A stretch of 64,000 bases of DNA, from the IMG/VR virus record IMGVR_UViG_3300028800_002449; one strand, written 5' to 3'. Positions 42,220-49,998 of this stretch are shown here, piece by piece; the stretch's first letter is position 1, and each line of letters opens with the position of its first letter. The position numbers were made by a program, and so were the translations under genes. This DNA is from a virus. The notes beneath the pieces were generated by a model. That model was not told where the DNA came from. It ran no database searches and was given only the letters and a program-made list of their open reading frames with translations.

Positions 42220-42967
42220 TCACCTCCGGCAGATCAATGAAGATCTCCTTCGCGTACTCGCTCACGTCGTCCGGATAGCCCATCGGATTGCATACGACGC
42301 GCGTCTGACCCACCTCGTAGTCGAACTTGCTGTGAGTGTGACCATGCAGCCAGAGCGCGGGCTTGCAGCTTTCGATGATGTCGTCGCACGGGAAGACGAA
42401 GAAACGGTTCAAGGGAGACGACCTGTACTTCGGTCCCACGCTCTTCTGCGAAGGCAGATGATGGGTCAAGACGACGTCACCCTCCCTCACGTTCTTGAGG
42501 AGGAAATCATGCGTCCGTCGATTTTCCTCGTAGACCCACGGCTTGAACTTCTTGATATGGCTGAAGTCACCCAGGTACCTCTCGTACTCGACGTTCGTCG
42601 GGTCGTCGGCGAACCAAAGAGTGCCTCCGAGGAACCTCCGCCCCTTGTAGACCTGGACGTGCTCAACGTCGGGCTGGATCATCTTCACGTTCGCAGGGAA
42701 GGAAGCCTCCATCTTGAGCAGATCTACCAGCGCTAGATCGACGTTGCTCCCGTAGAACTCGTGGTTCCCTGGCAAGTAGAGGACCAACTCAGCCTTCTTC
42801 GAAAAGGCCTTCCAGATCTCTCCCCTCTCCTCCGCACTGAACATCTTCAACGTGAGGATGTCACCGACGAGCGCCAACACGTCGCAGTCCGGCACCTTCA
42901 CCACTGGCCGCATGTGCCATGGATGCCAGAACTCAAGGTGCATGTCTGACGCCGGGTGGATCTTCAT
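42206..42967 (-). CDS. calcineurin-like metallophosphoesterase
   Basis: ASDMHLE ... GDIL ... PGNHEF ... LTHHLP ... HGHTH. Confidence 0.6.
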   Translation of the reverse strand: MKIHPASDMHLEFWHPWHMRPVVKVPDCDVLALVGDILTLKMFSAEERGEIWKAFSKKAELVLYLPGNHEFYGSNVDLALVDLLKMEASFPANVKMIQPDVEHVQVYKGRRFLGGTLWFADDPTNVEYERYLGDFSHIKKFKPWVYEENRRTHDFLLKNVREGDVVLTHHLPSQKSVGPKYRSSPLNRFFVFPCDDIIESCKPALWLHGHTHSKFDYEVGQTRVVCNPMGYPDDVSEYAKEIFIDLPEVSDAD

Positions 42968-42974
42968 CGACCCC

Positions 42975-43178
42975 TCACTTGCGTCTGCGCTTGATGACAG
43001 CGTCGGGCACGTAGATCTGGGTGTCCCCTGACTTGAAGACGTAGCCATCCCAGGGCGCGGGCTTGGTCACCCATCCCCCCATGACGTTCACGGAGATCTT
43101 ATCTCCCGCGAGAACGCGCTCGCATTTGCGTGCGATGTTCTTCCACTCAGCTGTCGTGACATCGTCGATGGTCGGCAC
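42975..43178 (-). CDS. hypothetical protein (67 aa)
   Basis: ORF track. Confidence 0.4.
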   Translation of the reverse strand: MPTIDDVTTAEWKNIARKCERVLAGDKISVNVMGGWVTKPAPWDGYVFKSGDTQIYVPDAVIKRRRK

Positions 43179-43208
43179 TTTATCTTTTCTCTCTCGTAAG
43201 AGTCAAAA

Positions 43209-43628
43209 TTATCGAACGTCTTTTTTAGATTTTCTTTCACGCTTCGGTCTACTGCTGCTACCACCGACGGTGATCGCTCTGCTCGCCGCTCGCCCGACCC
43301 GTTTGTTGATCGGATAGAGCGCCTTCGTGTCGACCCCGACGATGTTAACGGCTGACGGTTCGATCACCGGCTTCGCTGTGATCGCATCACCTTCGAGCAT
43401 CCGACCCAACAACCCACCCACGAACGCTCCCAGGGGGCTGCCACCCGTCACCTTCGCGCCGACGAACTTGCCGACGTCCTGCCAGTTGATCGGATCTGGA
43501 GCCTTCGATGCGACCGGCTGCTGACCCTTCGGGTAATAGTCGACGACCTTCAACCTGCCGCCGCAGCGACAGTGCACCCGCGGCGCCGGCACGATGGCCT
43601 GGCATCGCTCGCAGATGCGAACCCGCAC
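43209..43628 (-). CDS. Zn-ribbon plus Gly-zipper protein (139 aa)
   Basis: CERCQ...CRCGG, then GGSPLGAFVGGLLG. Confidence 0.45.
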   Translation of the reverse strand: MRVRICERCQAIVPAPRVHCRCGGRLKVVDYYPKGQQPVASKAPDPINWQDVGKFVGAKVTGGSPLGAFVGGLLGRMLEGDAITAKPVIEPSAVNIVGVDTKALYPINKRVGRAASRAITVGGSSSRPKRERKSKKDVR

Positions 43629-43642
43629 GTGACCCGTATCCC

Positions 43643-43891
43643 TTAGACGGTCGCCTGACCCTTGGACACGTTCTGTGAAGACGCCTCAGCCCACTGCCCC
43701 GGCTTGCCCTTCGCGTTCTTCACGAGGAACTCGAAGATGTCAGCCATCTTCCTATCCATGGAGGCGAGGAGCGTGGGGATCTCAGCTTCCGGGATCTCCA
43801 AGGCGTCCATCTTCTCATCCGGCTTGTACTCGAAGAGCTTCTTGCCAGGAACGTAGCGCATCAGGCTCAGGACGACTTGCGGCTGGGGCAT
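43643..43891 (-). CDS. hypothetical protein (82 aa)
   Basis: ORF track. Confidence 0.45.
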   Translation of the reverse strand: MPQPQVVLSLMRYVPGKKLFEYKPDEKMDALEIPEAEIPTLLASMDRKMADIFEFLVKNAKGKPGQWAEASSQNVSKGQATV

Positions 43892-43932
43892 GGGGTTACC
43901 TCCAAGCGAACGACATTACTACAAAACGAAGT

Positions 43933-43972
43933 AGGGGCGCCGAACATCTCTGCTCGACGCCCCCTTTCTTTA
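43933..43972 (-). terminator. factor-independent terminator (minus sense GGGGGCG...CGCCCC followed by a U-rich tract) after 44015..44533
   Basis: GC stem followed by TACTTCGTTTTG in minus sense; also T-rich in plus sense. Confidence 0.45.
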
Positions 43973-44014
43973 GTCGCCGCGGGCGACTACGTGATGACCG
44001 CTAGGTCCTGAAGC

Positions 44015-44533
44015 CTAGAACGGGTTCGCGTCGCTGCCCTCGGAGTCGGTCTCCGGCGGCAGGGCGATGACGGCGCGGCTCGGGCCGCGGAGCGACTTCG
44101 AGAGGACCTCGATGTTCCACATCGTGCGCCCGCCCGAGATCTTGATCTTGTTCTTGAACTTGATCCAGACCTGGTACTCGGCGCCCGCGTTGATCTCGGG
44201 GACGACGACGTCCTTGAGAGACGCGATCTGCTTGTTCTCGCCCAGGTTGACGATGTCGCCGACGGCGGCCTCCACGACCTCGGCGTCGTCGCCCTTGCCC
44301 TTGGTGACCGCGCAGGCCTCCAAAAGCTCGATCTGGTAGTAGTGGTTGCTGCTGCCCGGCAGGGCCTGACCCTGCATGCCGTAGCGGTTGATGAGCTTGC
44401 CGAAGACGACGTTGCCTTCCTGGCCCTTGACCCAGGGGGCATCCGTCACCGAGTTGACCCGGCGGAAGCCCGAGGGGGCGTTCTTCTCCGAAGCGGACTC
44501 GTCACCACCAGCGCTGCGCGTTGCTCGTGCCAT
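44015..44533 (-). CDS. hypothetical protein (172 aa)
   Basis: ORF track; last gene of the minus-strand block. Confidence 0.5.
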   Translation of the reverse strand: MARATRSAGGDESASEKNAPSGFRRVNSVTDAPWVKGQEGNVVFGKLINRYGMQGQALPGSSNHYYQIELLEACAVTKGKGDDAEVVEAAVGDIVNLGENKQIASLKDVVVPEINAGAEYQVWIKFKNKIKISGGRTMWNIEVLSKSLRGPSRAVIALPPETDSEGSDANPF

Positions 44534-44805
44534 GTTGCGTCACTCCTTGGAACCTGACGCATCCCCTCTAGGAAAGGAACCACTCCTTCCCCCGTGAGCC
44601 CGGTACTGGCCTCTTTCATCGGGAACCTTGGACGTCTTGGGCGCCGTCCAGAGCTTGTTGGGAACCGTCAGTCTCGAAGCGGAACCCTACGAAAGGGGTC
44701 AAAATGTCGTCAAAGATCTTTTTTTCTTTCTTTTTTCGACGTGCCAAATCACAAGACTTCCAATGAGTTGGGAGGTGATTTCTATTTTATTTTAGAAGTG
44801 TCATT

Positions 44806-44850
44806 TATTCTCTTGCCTAAGATACGTCTATCGTGGTTAAGATAGTCATC
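44806..44850 (+). promoter_or_regulatory. two copies of the conserved promoter element (TCTCTTGCCTAAGATACG; GTGGTTAAGATAGTC) in an AT-rich divergent region
   Basis: Motif match to TTGCTTAAGATA; lies between minus-strand and plus-strand gene blocks. Confidence 0.45.
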
Positions 44851-44877
44851 GGATCGGACGAGGGAGAGACCACTGAA

Positions 44878-45132
44878 ATGACGAAAATCGTGCTCAATCT
44901 GAAGAAGGACGTCAGCGTCGAGCAGGCCGAGATCCTCAAGCTCGTCATCAAGAGCGCCCTCGCCGACTATTTCGATTCTCACGTCCCCGTCGAGAGGAAC
45001 GTCTCGTCGGACCTCAAGCACCACGATCCAGAGACGTGGCACCTTCTCATGGAGGCCGCCCAGAAACACGTCGACGCCTGCCTGATGCTGCACAGGATCA
45101 AGGCCGCCGAGATCGAGGTCGTCACGTCATGA
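44878..45132 (+). CDS. hypothetical protein (84 aa)
   Basis: First ATG after the promoter; GGAGAGA ribosome-binding site. Confidence 0.5.
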   Translation: MTKIVLNLKKDVSVEQAEILKLVIKSALADYFDSHVPVERNVSSDLKHHDPETWHLLMEAAQKHVDACLMLHRIKAAEIEVVTS

Positions 45133-45455
45133 TCAACCTGGACAAGCTCATCGAGAAGGCCCGACTCACCATGCGCGAAGCCGAGGTCGACGCCTACCGC
45201 GCCATCATCAAGCGACGCGAAGGCAACACCTGGCTCGCAGACATGCTGGAGATGGACGCGAAATACGCCGCCGAAGAGACGGCAGTCCTTCTCGGCAAGA
45301 TCCTCCTCATCGCGCTCCGCACGGTCGAGATCGCAGAGTTCGAACGTTCGACGGGCGTGCAGTTCGACGCCATCGCCATGGACGTCCCACACAAGAAGCA
45401 CGTCGCGACCTGGATCAACCGCCATGGCGACGTCACATTCAGCCCGGAGAACTAG
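45129..45455 (+). CDS. hypothetical protein (108 aa)
   Basis: ATGA overlap with the upstream gene. Confidence 0.5.
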   Translation: MINLDKLIEKARLTMREAEVDAYRAIIKRREGNTWLADMLEMDAKYAAEETAVLLGKILLIALRTVEIAEFERSTGVQFDAIAMDVPHKKHVATWINRHGDVTFSPEN

Positions 45456-45456
45456 G

Positions 45457-45870
45457 ATGGCCACGAACAAGAAGCGCTTCGTCGAGATCGACTCGAAGCT
45501 CCTGGAGGACTTCCTCTCCGGCTGCGGCTTTCGTCGCATCGTCCAAGGCAGCGAGATCGTCTACGTCCTGTCCAACAAGTTCCACGACAGCGTGCGCGTG
45601 AAGGTCTACACCTCCATCCGCGTCGGCGAGAACCATGCCCGTCCCTGCGGCGCCGACGCCATCCGCGTCGTGACCGCCTACGAGGGTCAGCGCCCCGTCG
45701 CACGCGTCGGGAACAAGTCCTCCACCAACTTCGGCATCTTCAAGGCCAAGAAGATCCTGCGCACGGGGTCGCAGGAAGCCGTCACCGAGCGCCTGCACTC
45801 TCGCATGCGCGAAGCTTACTCTTTCGGGAACGAGTGGCTGCGCAACCACTGGCGGGAGGTCAACGGCTGA
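45457..45870 (+). CDS. hypothetical protein (137 aa)
   Basis: Ribosome-binding site CTAGGATG; trimmed from track ORF 45424..45870. Confidence 0.5.
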   Translation: MATNKKRFVEIDSKLLEDFLSGCGFRRIVQGSEIVYVLSNKFHDSVRVKVYTSIRVGENHARPCGADAIRVVTAYEGQRPVARVGNKSSTNFGIFKAKKILRTGSQEAVTERLHSRMREAYSFGNEWLRNHWREVNG

Positions 45871-45871
45871 C

Positions 45872-46090
45872 ATGGAAAAAACGTTCACACTGACCGTCGA
45901 CCTCGCCTTCGACATCGTCTGCGCAGAGAACGTCTGCAACGACGAGGGCATCGGTCCCTACACTGACGGCTGGAGCAAGCTCGTCACCGACTCTTGTGAC
46001 CTCGTTCTCAGCCTGTCCGATGAAGACATGATGAGTCGCGGCAGGAGCCGCTTCGAAATCGAGCGCATCAAGCGCGAAGTCGTCAAGTAA
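45872..46090 (+). CDS. small protein, paralog A (MEKTFTLTVDLAFDIVCAE...)
   Basis: Tandem paralog of the next gene. Confidence 0.45.
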   Translation: MEKTFTLTVDLAFDIVCAENVCNDEGIGPYTDGWSKLVTDSCDLVLSLSDEDMMSRGRSRFEIERIKREVVK

Positions 46091-46092
46091 CC

Positions 46093-46335
46093 ATGAAGAC
46101 CTTCACCCTCACGGTCGGACTAGCACTCGACGTCATCAGCGCCGAGATGGACTCGGAGCATCTCGGCTCCAGGAATACCTCTGAAGGTTGGCGAGAGCTT
46201 CTGATGTCTTCCTGCCATCTCGTCTCCATCCTCAACTCTCACCCCAACACTCTTGCCGCCACATTCGCTCGTAAGCACATCAAGGCTAATGGGCCACATC
46301 ACGCCAAACAAGCCTCAGGAGACGCCTCGCCATGA
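46093..46335 (+). CDS. small protein, paralog B (MKTFTLTVGLALDVISAE...)
   Basis: N-terminal 20 aa near-identical to paralog A. Confidence 0.4.
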   Translation: MKTFTLTVGLALDVISAEMDSEHLGSRNTSEGWRELLMSSCHLVSILNSHPNTLAATFARKHIKANGPHHAKQASGDASP

Positions 46336-46757
46336 AGCGCTGGATCATCAGGAAAGACATGCTCGCCTGCGAAAACTATTCCTGCGACAGCTACGGTGAG
46401 CACAACGCCTGCAAGCTCCTCAAGGTCGAAGAAGACGGCTGCTTCGAGAAGGTCTGCCGTGCCTGCAAGAAGAAGACGCGCCGAGAAGGTCATGCCCGAG
46501 CGTACGAGTTCAAGGACAGGCGCGCCTGCAAGAACACCAAGTGCAAGCACGTGCGCGACGTGACCGTCTCCATCTTCGGTCAGGTCCACGGGAACGACAA
46601 AGGCGAGCGCTGGGAGCCCCGTTGCGACGCCTGTCGGCTCGAACAGTCGGCTGCCCGCCACTACGAGCAAGCCAAGATCTTCTTCAGGCGCGCCGAGGCC
46701 ATCAGAGCCAAGCGCACGAAGATCGTCGACACCGAGTCGCCGCGAGCGAGCACCTGA
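46332..46757 (+). CDS. Cys-rich protein (141 aa)
   Basis: Multiple CxxC and CK..C pairs. Confidence 0.45.
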   Translation: MKRWIIRKDMLACENYSCDSYGEHNACKLLKVEEDGCFEKVCRACKKKTRREGHARAYEFKDRRACKNTKCKHVRDVTVSIFGQVHGNDKGERWEPRCDACRLEQSAARHYEQAKIFFRRAEAIRAKRTKIVDTESPRAST

Positions 46758-46759
46758 CC

Positions 46760-47173
46760 ATGGCCTTCAACATCGACAACATCAGGATCATCAAGAACAT
46801 CGGCACCGGTCCTAACGGCCGCGCGACCATGGACGTCATCGACCTCGTCCGCCTCAAGCAAGACGTCGAAGAAACCGCTCCTGAGATCTGCTTCCTCAAC
46901 AGCCTCACTCCGAGAGACTCCGTCGACCCGAAGGTCGAGATCAAGGGCCTCCAATGGTCCGGCGAATGCTCCTCTCGCACCTTCGACTTCTTCGAAGGAC
47001 AAGTCGTCCCCGCCATCGACGGCGAGATCGTCGCTCTCGCCACCTGGGAAGGCGGCGAGAAGACGGAGATCTGGCACGTCCACTACGGACATCTGGAGCG
47101 GATCGACCTCATGAACATCCTCAAGAACCCTCAGATCCTGAACGCATGCCTCAACTACGACGGGAAGGTCTAG
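46760..47173 (+). CDS. hypothetical protein (137 aa)
   Basis: Start re-called (MAFNIDNIRI). Confidence 0.5.
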   Translation: MAFNIDNIRIIKNIGTGPNGRATMDVIDLVRLKQDVEETAPEICFLNSLTPRDSVDPKVEIKGLQWSGECSSRTFDFFEGQVVPAIDGEIVALATWEGGEKTEIWHVHYGHLERIDLMNILKNPQILNACLNYDGKV

Positions 47174-47176
47174 AAA

Positions 47177-47503
47177 ATGAGCACCGAAGACAGCACCACC
47201 ATCAACCTGACCGAGTCGCAAGCTGACTGGGCCGAGTGGGCGGCGCTTCGCGTGACCATCCACTACCTCGCGCTCAAGAGCAACGAGGAGATCGACTCGC
47301 TCCCGCCGCTGCCGGACGTCGAGGGGCTCATCATGCACCTCACCCTCGACGAGGCCGTGCTCACCACGCTCCTCGACTTCTTGGAGCACCAGGCTGCCGA
47401 GAGGGCGAAGGAGGGCGGCCTGCCCGAGTCCGCCGCGAACTCGGCGCTGTCGCTCGCGAAGAAGATCCGCGTCGTCACCGGGTATCAGGGGATGGTCGCC
47501 TAA
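47177..47503 (+). CDS. hypothetical protein (108 aa)
   Basis: ORF track. Confidence 0.5.
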   Translation: MSTEDSTTINLTESQADWAEWAALRVTIHYLALKSNEEIDSLPPLPDVEGLIMHLTLDEAVLTTLLDFLEHQAAERAKEGGLPESAANSALSLAKKIRVVTGYQGMVA

Positions 47504-47524
47504 GACCTCCAAAGGAGATCGAAG

Positions 47525-48316
47525 ATGGACAAGCTCGAAGAGATCACGATGCTCGCTCTCGGCGCTGACGGCGTCGAGGTCTACAACCGCGTCAAGCAGC
47601 GCCACCTCGCCGCCGACGCTGACGCACACGACGTCACGCTTCCCACGCCGGGCAGCAACGACCCCGTCTGGACCAAGATGGGAGTCATCTACGGAGATCC
47701 TGTCAAGGACGACGAGAAGTTCTTCCGCCACGCGACAATCCCCGCCGGCTGGAAGATCGTCCCTACCGACCACTACATGTACTCGAACCTCGTCGACGAC
47801 AAGGGTCGCCCGAGGGCTCAGATCGGCTTCAAAGCGGCCTTCTACGATCGATGGACCTCGATCTCGACGATCCGTCGCTTCAGGGTCGAACGGCTCTACC
47901 ACGAGCGCAAGCCGGCCCCTCCCCCGAAGGAGATCAAGAAGGGCAAGCGCCACGTGAAGTACACGCCCGCCCAGATGAAGAAGCAACGCGAGCGCATGGA
48001 AGACGACATGTACCGCACCCCCTACGGATGCGGCTACGGCCTCATGACCGACGGCTACTGGGAGGACGTCATCGAGTACGAGCACTTCCCAGCTCCACCC
48101 TGCGCGGACGACACCAGCGTCACCTACCGAGTGCTCGACTGCGGCAAGGAGGTCTTCCGCTCACAGACGCTTCCTCTCGCCGATCGCGCCGTAGACACGG
48201 GCGCTCACTACCAAGATCTCGAACGCCGCGAAGCCACTTGCAGCACCGAGTGCATCGAGTGGCTCATCAAGCAAGGATTCACCAGCTGGGAGGACCCCAG
48301 CGCCCACTGGGACTGA
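47525..48316 (+). CDS. hypothetical protein (263 aa)
   Basis: Ribosome-binding site AAAGGAGA. Confidence 0.55.
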   Translation: MDKLEEITMLALGADGVEVYNRVKQRHLAADADAHDVTLPTPGSNDPVWTKMGVIYGDPVKDDEKFFRHATIPAGWKIVPTDHYMYSNLVDDKGRPRAQIGFKAAFYDRWTSISTIRRFRVERLYHERKPAPPPKEIKKGKRHVKYTPAQMKKQRERMEDDMYRTPYGCGYGLMTDGYWEDVIEYEHFPAPPCADDTSVTYRVLDCGKEVFRSQTLPLADRAVDTGAHYQDLERREATCSTECIEWLIKQGFTSWEDPSAHWD

Positions 48317-48367
48317 GATCATCCAGTCCTCGAACCCCAGACCTCACCCACGCTCAAAGGAGATCAC

Positions 48368-48724
48368 ATGGCAACCACCCTTAACCTCAACCTCAAGTAC
48401 ATCGTCTCCGCCAGCTTCCAGTGCAGCGAGAAGACCAACTACGAACGGCTCTGCGAGAAGAAGCAGGTCACGCTCGGCGACAGCGACGTCGTCGTCTTCG
48501 TCTCGTCCAGCGCCAACCAGATCATCTTCCTCAACCGGCCCCGCAAGGGCAGTCAGAAGGGGCTGGTGTACGACTCGCGGCGCCTGCGACTCACCAAGGG
48601 CGGCTGGGACCCCCTCTTCATCAAGGAGTACGCCAAGCAGGTCGGCATCAACCTCGTCGGCCTGGACAAGCTCCAGAAGCTCTTCGATCGCAAGCTGCGC
48701 AAGACCGGTCAGGTCGTCGCGTAA
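48368..48724 (+). CDS. hypothetical protein (118 aa)
   Basis: Ribosome-binding site AAAGGAGA. Confidence 0.5.
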   Translation: MATTLNLNLKYIVSASFQCSEKTNYERLCEKKQVTLGDSDVVVFVSSSANQIIFLNRPRKGSQKGLVYDSRRLRLTKGGWDPLFIKEYAKQVGINLVGLDKLQKLFDRKLRKTGQVVA

Positions 48725-48755
48725 GAAGGATCGTCGAGAAAGAGAGCCGGCAGCG

Positions 48756-49391
48756 ATGAAGCTCACCAACACATCCGTCTACCCGACCCCGGCTCTAGAA
48801 GTCCTCCTGCACTTCGTGCTCCGGACGGAGAAGCACGAGGCCCGGTACCTCAAGATCATCAAGGTCACGAACTGTAAGACGGCCGCCTACAGGGGGAGGT
48901 GCAACGGCCAGAGGATCCTCCTGCGCATCGGGGCTCCCGACAAGTTCTCGGTCCCCATCCACAACCAGTACCGGAAGCGCTCTCCCCCCTACGACGTCAA
49001 CGGCTGGAAGGAGGGGTTCGTCGCGCTCTTCGCACACGAGGCAGAGCACGCACGCCACTTCGCCCACCGGATGGGAGTCGACGAGATCGGCTGCGAGCAC
49101 GCAGCAGTACGCGCCCTCAAGGCACTCCGCGAGCAGCGTGAGTTCATCGACGCGCGAATCAAAATGGCCGTCGAGAACGACAGACGCGCCCAGCAAGAGC
49201 GTGAAGTGAGGCTCGTCCAAGCCAAGTCTCCCGAGGCCAAGCTCGCCAAGCTCAACGCCAAGATCGCCACTTGGAAGAAGAAGCTCAAGACGGCAGAAAC
49301 CTACTTGAAGAAGTACCAGAAGCAGCTGCGACGGCTCGAAAAGAAGAAGGAACCCGTCGCCCAGTTCATGCAGGCTGCGAAGACCCCATGA
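48756..49391 (+). CDS. putative HExxH metallopeptidase-like protein with a Lys-rich coiled-coil C-terminus
   Basis: FAHEAEHARHFAH. Confidence 0.45.
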   Translation: MKLTNTSVYPTPALEVLLHFVLRTEKHEARYLKIIKVTNCKTAAYRGRCNGQRILLRIGAPDKFSVPIHNQYRKRSPPYDVNGWKEGFVALFAHEAEHARHFAHRMGVDEIGCEHAAVRALKALREQREFIDARIKMAVENDRRAQQEREVRLVQAKSPEAKLAKLNAKIATWKKKLKTAETYLKKYQKQLRRLEKKKEPVAQFMQAAKTP

Positions 49392-49654
49392 TGTTCAAAG
49401 ACGGACCCTTCAACCATACGACCCCAACCTGTCTCGGCGCTGGCCTTGCGCGCAAGCCCAACGATCAAGCTTCCATCTTCTTCATCTACAGATACAAGAA
49501 CGACTTCTTCGCCGGCACGGCCGAACGTCATAACCAATGGTTGAGGGTTTTCGTGTCCTTCGAGCTTCACCAGGTCGAATTCTTCCCGTGGGCCGCGCCC
49601 ATCCTCCTCGACATCATCGACTACGCCCTAGGACGTCTGCCTAAAGAAGGTTGA
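49388..49654 (+). CDS. hypothetical protein (88 aa)
   Basis: ATGA overlap with the upstream gene. Confidence 0.4.
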   Translation: MMFKDGPFNHTTPTCLGAGLARKPNDQASIFFIYRYKNDFFAGTAERHNQWLRVFVSFELHQVEFFPWAAPILLDIIDYALGRLPKEG

Positions 49655-49681
49655 CGAAGCGTCGAGGATACTTTCATCGCC

Positions 49682-49909
49682 ATGCTTGACGCCTCCGCTT
49701 CCGTAGAAGAAGAGTCTCCCTGCAACTCCGATCCGCGCCACGAGGAGCCGAAGATCAGCTTCGACACCTTCAAGGCCAGCACCCGATTCCTCTACGTCGA
49801 TCGAGATCCCAAGCATGGTCAGGTCGTCTACGCGCTCTGCAACCGCTGCTGCTCCACGATCGGCTTCGAGATGCCAGAACCGCTCCCTTCCTCGTCGCTG
49901 ATCTGGTGA
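49682..49909 (+). CDS. hypothetical protein (75 aa)
   Basis: ORF track. Confidence 0.4.
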   Translation: MLDASASVEEESPCNSDPRHEEPKISFDTFKASTRFLYVDRDPKHGQVVYALCNRCCSTIGFEMPEPLPSSSLIW

Positions 49910-49954
49910 TCTGAAATCCAAGCTCTGCGCGGTCGGTCGACGAATCTCTTTGCT

Positions 49955-49990
49955 TAAGAGAGACCGGGTCTCTTATCTTCTGGCGAAGAT
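49955..49990 (+). promoter_or_regulatory. conserved promoter element CTTTGCTTAAGAGAGA plus inverted repeat TCTTATCTTC/GAAGATAAAG, ahead of the replication module
   Basis: Motif match; ATG at 49999. Confidence 0.4.
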
Positions 49991-49998
49991 AAAGACCC

